Origin: a virus
Length of the DNA: 64,000 nt
Strand: one strand, 5' to 3'
IMG/VR virus record: IMGVR_UViG_3300045988_180980
In this document: positions 43,899-51,408 of the stretch, one piece after another
Layout of the letters: every line of letters starts with the position of its first letter
Numbering within the stretch: position 1 is the stretch's first letter
Notes under the pieces: model-generated
The model's input: the letters and a program-made list of their open reading frames with translations, nothing else
What the model was told of the DNA's origin: nothing
The model's database searches: none
Position numbers and translations under genes: made by a program

Positions 43899-44491
43899 CC
43901 GTTGCATTCCGCTTGCACACCCCACACCCCGCACGGACCACGGAATCCCGATACAGACCCAAGAGGAAAGAATAAACTTCTGTCTCCAAAAGTCCAAAAC
44001 CACAAACTCGCAGAACTCGCTGACTTTCGTGGACTTTATATCAGAACTACCCGTCAAAAGTCCATAAATCCACCCAAAACGCCTACTACTATATAAAAAT
44101 TCCGCCAACTTTTCTCCTCTTGCATTTTCAAAAATCCCCAACCCTAACCAATTAGTCAGTAGCATTGACGCCTATGGCTTAAATAGCTGACATTAGGAAT
44201 GATACAAATAGGAAAAATAAGGCACAGAGCAACGAAAAACGCTGTAAATACCTATATATTCATTTTCTTTCCTTTATTTTTTGTTCCTTGCGCTCGCTAT
44301 AGGATATAAAAAAATCTCCTATTTTTGGACTTTACATGTATAATACGCAAGAAATCAAGAAGCTAAATCACTTTTCAGAATATTCAACGTGCGGTCACAT
44401 GGTGGATTCCTTGTGGACAATAGAAGCATTTTCTGAAATCATGGACTTTTCGTTTTTCGTCATTTTTGGGAAAAACGGACGCGAGTCCGTA

Positions 44492-44616
44492 AATCTGGAC
44501 ATCTGATAAGCCAAAAGTTCAGATTGCTGTTTGCTGTTTTGGACAGCGGCGTTAAGTGCTAAAAAATCTAAAAAATAGTACCGAACACCACAAAAACCAA
44601 TCTGGACATCTGATAA
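44492..44616 (+). repeat. Two copies of AATCTGGACATCTGATAA, 107 bp apart, in a TGGAC-rich non-coding region
   Basis: Copies at 44492-44509 and 44599-44616. At least 7 TGGAC words lie between 44028 and 44610. Confidence 0.75.
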
Positions 44617-44624
44617 TTCAGAAA

Positions 44625-44644
44625 TAATTCTTAAATTTGCAACA
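44625..44644 (+). promoter_or_regulatory. Bacteroidetes-type promoter (TAAATTTG), identical 20-mer to the par promoter
   Basis: TAATTCTTAAATTTGCAACA lies about 17 nt upstream of ATG 44661. Confidence 0.6.
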
Positions 44645-44660
44645 AAAGAACCGCAAAAGC

Positions 44661-45770
44661 ATGTTTGACGAGATTTGCTCTGTGTATAATGATGCGACCG
44701 ACGCCTACGGGCGTTTCGCTGACCGCGAGACGGGCGAGTGCATCCAGCAGATGACCATCCGTGAGTTCTGCCTGACGGACAGGTGGAAGCCGTATGTGCA
44801 GCGCCTTCGTGCCATGCGTCAGGAGTTCGGCAGCAAGGCCAAGAAGATGCAGGAATACATCGATACCAAGAAGATGCTTCCCGGTGCCACGCTCAGCGGC
44901 CTGTTTGCCCTGTATGAGGATGACAGCCTCACCCATCCTGGGCAGCGCGTGATGGTGAGCCGCCGCGAGAGCCACCTGCTGCAGCACACGGGCTGGCTTG
45001 CCATCGACATCGACCTGGCCGACAACGCGCAGCTGAGCAACTTCGATAACATACGCATGGTGTGCCGCTTCCGTCCCGAGATAGGACTTCTCATGCGGTC
45101 GTGCTCGGGCAGCGGATATTTCGGCCTGGTGCGCCTGGCTTACCCCGACCGCCACAAGGAGCAGTTCAAGGCTCTGCTGCAGGAATATGCTTATATGGGC
45201 ATCAGTCTCGACAAGGCATGCAGCAACATCGGGCGAGTGCGCTTTGCCTCGTGGGATGATCCCGAGCATATATATATCAATGAGGACGTGGTGCCGTATA
45301 GGGGAGTGGCAGACATGGTGGTGATAGCGCCATTGCCGAAGATGGCCGCAGATAACCAAAAGCGACATGAGGAAGCCCTTCCGTCCGACCACCGATTAGG
45401 ACAGATTGGTGGTTGGAGGAATGATACGCCCGACATTGTTCTGCGCAAAGCCCGTGCGCTTGTCAACAAGATAGAGCAGAGGGGTGTGAACATCTGCGGA
45501 GGTCATGGCGATTACAGCGTCTGGCTAAAATGCGGGATGTCACTTTTCTGCATTGACCCCGTTGAAGGCTACGACATGTGGAAGCGGGTGTCTCGCTTCC
45601 GCCCGCTGGATGTGAACCATGGGCATAGAGATTCGGACTTCGTGTCTCCCTGGCGTTCGTTTGGCAACTACAAGGGAAATAATCCTGTCACCGAGAGTTC
45701 TTTTTTCATGCTCTGCAAAGAGAATGGTGTAACACTTTCGAGGGAAGATATGCGAGAAATTTATGACTAA
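44661..45770 (+). CDS. PrimPol / VirE-N-like primase domain protein
   Basis: ORF 44637 (TTG) trimmed to ATG 44661. Contains WLAIDIDLAD, MRSCSGSGYFGLVRL and NIGRVRFASWD, resembling archaeo-eukaryotic primase-type (VirE_N/BT4734-like) domains. Confidence 0.6.
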   Translation: MFDEICSVYNDATDAYGRFADRETGECIQQMTIREFCLTDRWKPYVQRLRAMRQEFGSKAKKMQEYIDTKKMLPGATLSGLFALYEDDSLTHPGQRVMVSRRESHLLQHTGWLAIDIDLADNAQLSNFDNIRMVCRFRPEIGLLMRSCSGSGYFGLVRLAYPDRHKEQFKALLQEYAYMGISLDKACSNIGRVRFASWDDPEHIYINEDVVPYRGVADMVVIAPLPKMAADNQKRHEEALPSDHRLGQIGGWRNDTPDIVLRKARALVNKIEQRGVNICGGHGDYSVWLKCGMSLFCIDPVEGYDMWKRVSRFRPLDVNHGHRDSDFVSPWRSFGNYKGNNPVTESSFFMLCKENGVTLSREDMREIYD

Positions 45771-45787
45771 AACACCTCCTATGCGTC

Positions 45788-45841
45788 CTTTACGGATGTC
45801 TTACGGTGGTCTTACGGTGGTCTTATGATTGTCTTATGATT
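45788..45841 (+). repeat. Tandem 11-bp repeats
   Basis: cctttacggat, then GTCTTACGGTG twice (45798, 45809), then GTCTTATGATT twice (45820, 45831). The period is about one helical turn. Confidence 0.85.
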
Positions 45842-45888
45842 CTCTACTGATTGCTCAAATGTTAAAATACAAACAAAAAACGATATAT

Positions 45889-46782
45889 ATGAACAAAGTA
45901 TTTTTTGCAAAAGAAGGTTTGACAGCCACATCTGCCAACCATGTTGCAAACATGGCTAAAGAGTATGCGCAGCGCATCTCGGCGCAGGCTGATACCTTGC
46001 GTCTTTACACCAAGAGCGCACGTCTGCTTGGTGATACACAGCCGTCGATTGTAGAAGCCCCTCTTGACACCCTTGATGCTATTCCCGATGTTATACGTCG
46101 TGTAGCTCAGTGCAATGCTCTTATCGGTTGGCTGCGTGAGGCTATCAGCGAACGCGAGAAAGGTTTGAAGTCCGTGCAAGACTGCAACTTCATGGTGTGG
46201 GCTGACGAGCACAATATTACTCTTCCTGAAAAGCCGGTTGCTCCTGACCTGGTTTCCGATATTGACAAGGTGGGCAATGAGATTTTGAATGTAAAGGATC
46301 GCAACCGCTATATTGAGTTGAAAACCAAGATGGCGGTATATGGTAAGTATATTCATCCCGACGGACTGTTGCCTATGGCCTTGAAGAGAGTGTCACACCG
46401 TCTGGCTAATCCTACGGAGATAGAAGGAGAAGGCCGCGATATGGTCGTGTTCTCTTATAATGTTGAACCCGGTACCATCGACCGACTGAACATGATCTTC
46501 TTTCAGCTTCAGGGCGAATATCGGGCATTGCAAGCTGAGTTTAATGGTATTGAGCATCGTTTCCGCGTGGAAGCCGAAAAGGAGTACAGCAAGCGATTGG
46601 CTGAATACAAGAAGAAGTATGCAGAACATCAAGAAAAGATAAACAATTTCGATACCGAAATGTCGAGATTACAGACGATGTTCGTTGAGTGGCAACAGGA
46701 AGAAATCAAAGAGATAACGTCTCTGCGCATTATCATCCCTAACGACCTCCAGGGAATATATGCGGAGGTCAACGGTTTGTAA
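45889..46782 (+). CDS. hypothetical protein
   Basis: ORF 45829 trimmed to ATG 45889 (MNKVFFAKEG...) downstream of the 11-bp repeats. Confidence 0.55.
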   Translation: MNKVFFAKEGLTATSANHVANMAKEYAQRISAQADTLRLYTKSARLLGDTQPSIVEAPLDTLDAIPDVIRRVAQCNALIGWLREAISEREKGLKSVQDCNFMVWADEHNITLPEKPVAPDLVSDIDKVGNEILNVKDRNRYIELKTKMAVYGKYIHPDGLLPMALKRVSHRLANPTEIEGEGRDMVVFSYNVEPGTIDRLNMIFFQLQGEYRALQAEFNGIEHRFRVEAEKEYSKRLAEYKKKYAEHQEKINNFDTEMSRLQTMFVEWQQEEIKEITSLRIIIPNDLQGIYAEVNGL

Positions 46783-46862
46783 AACATAAAATATAATACG
46801 AGGTGGGTAAGGTCAGACTGAAGGTCTTGTATCGTGAAACTGACCCTCACACTGATAGCATA

Positions 46863-46998
46863 CGGAGTTTTCTTTTTAGTGAATCATACGTTTTTCCGAA
46901 ACGTGTCTCACGAGGTCATAGGTTCGAATCCTATCTTTTCTTTTCGGAAGAAAAGTAGCTCAGCTGGTTAGAGCAAGTATTGCGCAAAAATCACTCCG
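46863..46998 (+). ncRNA. Circularly permuted tRNA-like RNA module (Y-RNA-like / permuted tRNA candidate)
   Basis: T-arm ATAGG-TTCGAAT-CCTAT at 46918-46934. 8-bp acceptor-like helix CTTTTCTT/AAGAAAAG closed by TTCGG at 46935-46955. D-arm GCTC-AGCTGGTTA-GAGC at 46958-46974. The flanks 46863-46889 and 46976-46998 can pair. Confidence 0.6.
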
Positions 46999-47017
46999 CA
47001 GTCAATTTCCCTATTCT

Positions 47018-47066
47018 GCTATCACTATCACCCGACTGCGGTGGCTATCACTATTGCCATCACTAT
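47018..47066 (+). repeat. Three ATCACTAT(C/T) repeats plus a flanking 8-bp inverted repeat
   Basis: ATCACTAT at 47021, 47047 and 47059. CCGCAGTC (46996-47003) and GACTGCGG (47034-47041). Lies upstream of the kinase ATG at 47116. Confidence 0.7.
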
Positions 47067-47115
47067 CACAGAAGTGCCGTATGAAGAATGTGGCTCACCT
47101 CGTTTTCTATGCTCG

Positions 47116-47673
47116 ATGAAACTAATTACGATTACAGGCCCGAGTGGTGCTGGGAAGGACACGGTGGCGCAGATGTTGTCGGGGATGACCGGCTGGCCTG
47201 TGCTTTGTTCTTATACCACACGCCCCATGCGCGAGGATGAGCAGGAGGGCAGAGAGCATCACTTCGTGGAGAAGTGCGATGTGCCCAAGGAGAAGATGCT
47301 GGCATACACGCGATATGGCGGCTTTGAGTACTGGACTACGGTGGACCAGATAGGCGATATAGCCATCTATGTGATCGATGAAGTGGGATTGGTGGACTTG
47401 AAGGAGCATCATCCCGAGATAGATGTCTATTCCCTCTACATCGGGAGTTCTGCAGCGTCACGCCTGGCCAGGGGTGTGAAACTCTCGCGGATCATCAGAG
47501 ATGCCTCGCGCCCAATGTTGGAAAACAGACTCCGTTACGGTGGCTATATCCGCAACGGATATGAGAAGACGATGGACAAACTGCGCATGGAAGTGGCGAT
47601 GTATGTATGCCGCCTGCCGTTCGTGCAGGACAAACTTTATCCGTCAGATGACGATCCCGGATTTTGCGATTGA
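47116..47673 (+). CDS. guanylate-kinase-like (deoxy)nucleoside monophosphate kinase
   Basis: ORF 47041 (GTG) trimmed to ATG 47116, which puts the P-loop ITGPSGAGKDT at the N-terminus. YTTRPMREDEQEGREHHFV is the guanylate kinase signature region. Confidence 0.75.
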   Translation: MKLITITGPSGAGKDTVAQMLSGMTGWPVLCSYTTRPMREDEQEGREHHFVEKCDVPKEKMLAYTRYGGFEYWTTVDQIGDIAIYVIDEVGLVDLKEHHPEIDVYSLYIGSSAASRLARGVKLSRIIRDASRPMLENRLRYGGYIRNGYEKTMDKLRMEVAMYVCRLPFVQDKLYPSDDDPGFCD

Positions 47674-47696
47674 CATAAACAAAACAAAGAGAAAAT

Positions 47697-48593
47697 ATGA
47701 AATTCATATCACCGCATGTGGAATGGTGGCCACAGACCAATTATAAGAGCCACATAGCCCGGGTGGGCCGAATCTGCTATAAGAGTGCTGGGAAGCAGCC
47801 TCCTGCCAAGCTGACAGGGCAGGCGAGAGAAGATTTCCTCTACCAGCGCGACAGTGACATGTGCAGCGCCCTGTGGAACGCCGGACACAGGTCGATGTTC
47901 CGTCACGGCACGCTGTATTTCCATGTGCCGAGCAAAAAGGAGTTCCCCAGGACGCTGTGGTCTATAGTCAAGCATTCTCCCTACGTGGGCTGTACCGTAC
48001 AGCACGGCCACGTGTTCGTCAGCATCAACCTCCAGTTTGCAGGCGAACATGGTGACGTGCGCGACCTCCTCGCCCCCTTCCAGGTGACAGAGCAGGAGTT
48101 CATTAGCCAGGCCACAGGGTACGGTTGCCACCGTGCGCTCGAGCTGCTGCGCATGACCCTGGTGGTCACTACACAGCGCATACAGGGCGAGTCGTACAAC
48201 CGCAAATCGCCCAACTGCATAGCCGAGCAGAGCACACGCTACGTCAATCTGGACAAGAAGGGCGGTGTGCCGATATGCCGCCCGCACTGGGAGCGCAATG
48301 CCCGCTGGTACCAGCGCTGGGCGTCACACCTGGGCTACTGGGTGGCCGAGAAGGTGTATCAGTTCCTGCTGCACACAGGGCTGAAGCCCGAGGATGCACG
48401 CGGCAACCTCACGATGAACACCTACACGGTGTGTGCCTACACCTACACCCTGCGCGAGTGGCGGCACATCATGGACATGCGCCTGCGTGACCTGACGGGG
48501 CGTGCACACCCCGATGCACACATCGTGGCCGAGCAGATAAGCAGGATCATCAACGACCGCATGCGCCCGTATGTGGCCGATTACGAGATTTAA
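47697..48593 (+). CDS. divergent ThyX-like (flavin-dependent thymidylate synthase fold) protein
   Basis: AGHRSMFRHGTLYF resembles the GHxSxxEH block. NRKSPNCIAEQSTRYV stands in place of RHRxxSxxxxSxRY. ARGNLTMNTYT...LREWRHIMDMRL matches the ThyX C-terminal block. Confidence 0.7.
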   Translation: MKFISPHVEWWPQTNYKSHIARVGRICYKSAGKQPPAKLTGQAREDFLYQRDSDMCSALWNAGHRSMFRHGTLYFHVPSKKEFPRTLWSIVKHSPYVGCTVQHGHVFVSINLQFAGEHGDVRDLLAPFQVTEQEFISQATGYGCHRALELLRMTLVVTTQRIQGESYNRKSPNCIAEQSTRYVNLDKKGGVPICRPHWERNARWYQRWASHLGYWVAEKVYQFLLHTGLKPEDARGNLTMNTYTVCAYTYTLREWRHIMDMRLRDLTGRAHPDAHIVAEQISRIINDRMRPYVADYEI

Positions 48594-48607
48594 TGTATTT
48601 TTAGTTT

Positions 48608-48988
48608 ATGGAACTGAACGAATATCAGCAGCGGGCCATGCAGACGTGCCTGCCCGAGAGTGACAACCTGGTGTATATGCTTGCCAACCTGGTGGGCGAA
48701 GTGGGAGAGTTTGCCAGCAAGGCAGGCAAGCACATGCGCAAGGGCAAACTGTATGTCACCACCATGCCGCGCAACGAGCAGGGCAAGGTGCTGCACACAC
48801 AGGTGTGGAGCGTGACCGAAGAGGAGCGTAAACTGATGCTCTCTGAGATAGGTGACATCCTGTGGCAGACAGCCGGACTGGCCAATGTGATGGGCGTGAC
48901 GCTGGAGGAGGTGGCACAGGAGAACCTGGCCAAACTGGCATCGCGCCAGCGACGCAACGTGATAGCCGGAGACGGCGACGAGAGATAA
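48608..48988 (+). CDS. mazG: MazG-like nucleoside triphosphate pyrophosphohydrolase
   Basis: LNEYQQRAMQT, LVGEVGEFASKAGK, EIGDILWQTAGLANVMGVTLEEV and NLAKLASR are typical of the MazG all-alpha NTP-PPase family. Confidence 0.8.
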   Translation: MELNEYQQRAMQTCLPESDNLVYMLANLVGEVGEFASKAGKHMRKGKLYVTTMPRNEQGKVLHTQVWSVTEEERKLMLSEIGDILWQTAGLANVMGVTLEEVAQENLAKLASRQRRNVIAGDGDER

Positions 48989-49013
48989 CGATAATGGGCA
49001 TTATGTTTAGCAG

Positions 49014-49961
49014 ATGAAGAAGACATCAGCACAGAGGGAGGAGCAGTTACGGAATCTGCCCACCCCATACACGTTCAACATGCAGGATGTGCCTGCCGAA
49101 AAGTACACGGACATCCTGAAGTCCCTGTTTGCCGACCCCGACTTCAAGCAAATGGTAGAGAAGCGCAACCGCCTGGTGCGCTCGGCGGCACAGATGCGCC
49201 CCGACACCTCGCAGATGAACAATCTGGTGCGCACCATCCAGCAGCATGACCGGCGCCTGGCCGATACCCTGTATGGTGTGCTCGTGCAGGCCAACCTGCG
49301 GTCGGATGTCACCTATGACTTCCTGTCGTTCAACACTCTCCTGCGCTACTTCGTGGACTACTCCCAGGAGCGTGCCGACGAGAAGGTGGAGCGCCTGTTC
49401 AACGACCTGCACAAGTTGACCTTTCTGGCCGACATGCTGGAGTCGGTCACGCTGGACGTGAAGCAGGAGATGCAGGATGTGTTCGGTGACGGGATAGGGT
49501 TCCAGCAGTTTGACGGTGTGCAGCACGTGCTGAAGCAGCTGAAGGGCTTCTTCGGCAGTGTGCGCAACCACAAGGAGGACACCGCAGAGGCACAACTCTA
49601 CATGGAGTATGCCGACTCCATCAATGCCTACCTGGACAAGAGACTCAAGACATACAGCGACAAGCTGACCCGCAGCACCCCGCTCCCCAGGCCGTATGCG
49701 CAGAAGGACATCGAGGAGGCCGTAAGCCGGTTCTTCGGCATAGACAGGAAACTGGCAGGGCTGTATGTGAAGCGCAACGGCAGCGGCGGTCATCACGTGG
49801 ATGTAATGAGGCTTGCCGGAGACCTCACGCCCCTGCAGTCGGAGAAGCTGGACAGGCTGGTGGATGCCTCACACATCAAGGTGGCATCGCACGATGCTAT
49901 AGACAACTACTTCTTCCAAATAACTGACGCGCTCATGGCGCAGTATGACCGAAAAGCATAG
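49014..49961 (+). CDS. hypothetical protein
   Basis: 315-aa ORF. Confidence 0.55.
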   Translation: MKKTSAQREEQLRNLPTPYTFNMQDVPAEKYTDILKSLFADPDFKQMVEKRNRLVRSAAQMRPDTSQMNNLVRTIQQHDRRLADTLYGVLVQANLRSDVTYDFLSFNTLLRYFVDYSQERADEKVERLFNDLHKLTFLADMLESVTLDVKQEMQDVFGDGIGFQQFDGVQHVLKQLKGFFGSVRNHKEDTAEAQLYMEYADSINAYLDKRLKTYSDKLTRSTPLPRPYAQKDIEEAVSRFFGIDRKLAGLYVKRNGSGGHHVDVMRLAGDLTPLQSEKLDRLVDASHIKVASHDAIDNYFFQITDALMAQYDRKA

Positions 49962-49966
49962 AGACC

Positions 49967-50683
49967 ATGGCAAACATCTATCTGCGGCTACCCACTGTGG
50001 TATGCCATTTCCACCGCAACTATGACGAGCAACTGCGGCTCTCGCCACAGGAGCCCGTCAAGTTCTCGCAATTCACTGACCATGCCGTCATTATGCGTGG
50101 CGGCCTGGCTCCCCATGGCGGCTTGAGCAAGAAGGCGGGGCTGTGCTACAGCCAGCAGCAATGGACCAACATCCTGAACGGACGCACACCCGACGGCGGC
50201 AAGCAGGTGATAGACCGCGACCCGCAGAAGTGGCCCACCCAGTCCGAGGTGTGCGCAATGGAGGGCATCAGATACTCCCTGCACACCGAGAGCTTCGATT
50301 TCCTGTGCATACAGATGCCCTACAGCATCCTGTCAGGCGAGAAGGAGGTGCGCACCACCAGCGTATTCTCGCTCACCTCGCAGGCCGCATACTATCTGCA
50401 GCAACTCCTGGTGAGGGACTTTCGCCGTGCGCTGGTCGATTGGGAGATAGCCACACAGGACTTCTGCATATCCCCCGAGAGGATCATTGCACGCGGCCAC
50501 ATGGAGACCCTGGAGCGGTTCCTTATGCGCTACGAGATACCCATTCCCAAGGACAGCCGGGACAAGGAGATACTGCGCAGGCAGCTCGACCGCTGGCTGG
50601 CCGAGGCACGTGTGCTGGAAAAGGCGTACCGCTGCAGAGAGATAGAATACGAGGACTCCAGAGACCGCGTATTCAATTTGTAG
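49967..50683 (+). CDS. hypothetical protein
   Basis: 238-aa ORF. The overlapping 50143..50697 frame is Arg/Pro-rich noise. Confidence 0.55.
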   Translation: MANIYLRLPTVVCHFHRNYDEQLRLSPQEPVKFSQFTDHAVIMRGGLAPHGGLSKKAGLCYSQQQWTNILNGRTPDGGKQVIDRDPQKWPTQSEVCAMEGIRYSLHTESFDFLCIQMPYSILSGEKEVRTTSVFSLTSQAAYYLQQLLVRDFRRALVDWEIATQDFCISPERIIARGHMETLERFLMRYEIPIPKDSRDKEILRRQLDRWLAEARVLEKAYRCREIEYEDSRDRVFNL

Positions 50684-50781
50684 CGTGTATAAAATAGTTA
50701 ATCCGTATGTTAACAAACGTTATACAACAGCAATAAAGAAAGAAAATCACATAATGTTCAACAAAACACACAAAACAAACC

Positions 50782-51258
50782 ATGAGTTGCAGCGAATTAT
50801 TCCTTAACGATGTCGTGCGGGTGGATGCGTATTTCCATTCGCATCTCACTTTTGCGGTGCCGCCCACTGTGCCCGGCATAACCAGCATGCCTCCCGTGGA
50901 TGAGACATCCATCCACATCTCCTTTGCAGAAATCGGTGCAAACTACGAGTCCCTGCCAGGCGGAATTTCGGTCACAGAGAAGACGCAGAACCAGGAGAAC
51001 AGCGTCATATATACATATAATATAGAGATAAAGGCATACGCACGTGCAGGCAAACAGGTGAAGACAGAGCATGAGCCCGCCACTGATTTGAGCTTCGTGC
51101 TGACTAAGGCCGATGGCACGAAGTGCATGATATATACCCTGCCAGGAAGCACTGGATTCTCTGTTGAGAGTGACGGCAAGACCGTCCGTTTCGCCTTCAC
51201 ATGCTCTGCGTGCAACAGACCTATCCTGCTTGACGGAACAGAAGTAAAATTCGGCTGA
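50782..51258 (+). CDS. hypothetical protein
   Basis: 158-aa ORF followed by a strong terminator. Confidence 0.5.
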   Translation: MSCSELFLNDVVRVDAYFHSHLTFAVPPTVPGITSMPPVDETSIHISFAEIGANYESLPGGISVTEKTQNQENSVIYTYNIEIKAYARAGKQVKTEHEPATDLSFVLTKADGTKCMIYTLPGSTGFSVESDGKTVRFAFTCSACNRPILLDGTEVKFG

Positions 51259-51303
51259 TAGCCGTCATAAAGTAAAGAAAATATACTTGCTTTGAATTAT
51301 GTG

Positions 51304-51333
51304 GGCTGCATCCTCTGATGCAGCCTTTTTTTT
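51304..51333 (+). terminator. Rho-independent terminator
   Basis: GGCTGCATC-ctct-GATGCAGCC followed by T8. Confidence 0.85.
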
Positions 51334-51372
51334 GTATCTTTTTCTTGTCCAAACACTTTTTTCGGCAACCCA

Positions 51373-51380
51373 TACTTTTG
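51373..51380 (+). promoter_or_regulatory. Bacteroidetes-type -7 box (TACTTTTG) for the head operon
   Basis: ccaTACTTTTGcgg, about 29 nt upstream of ATG 51409. Confidence 0.5.
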
Positions 51381-51408
51381 CGGCTGTAAATAAATATCAA
51401 TCTAATAC

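Noticed and set aside
43875-44096. 73-aa + ORF and the 108-aa - ORF (43839..44165) in the long non-coding region.
   Set aside because: Their compositions are Pro/Thr/His-rich or otherwise implausible. They have no start context and overlap each other on opposite strands, so the region is better explained as non-coding.
44412-44420. DnaA box (TGTGGACAA versus consensus TGTGNATAA).
   Set aside because: It is a single one-mismatch hit, and the neighbouring GGTGGATTC is weaker still. That is insufficient to call a DnaA-dependent origin, so only the TGGAC-word enrichment is reported.
46918-47018. An ordinary colinear tRNA gene, or two tandem tRNA genes.
   Set aside because: The T-arm has no matching 5' acceptor or D-arm upstream. 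The D-arm has no anticodon arm (AGTAT/AAATC do not pair, and there is no U33) or T-arm downstream. CTATTCT at 47011 is only a chance near-match to an acceptor 3' strand.
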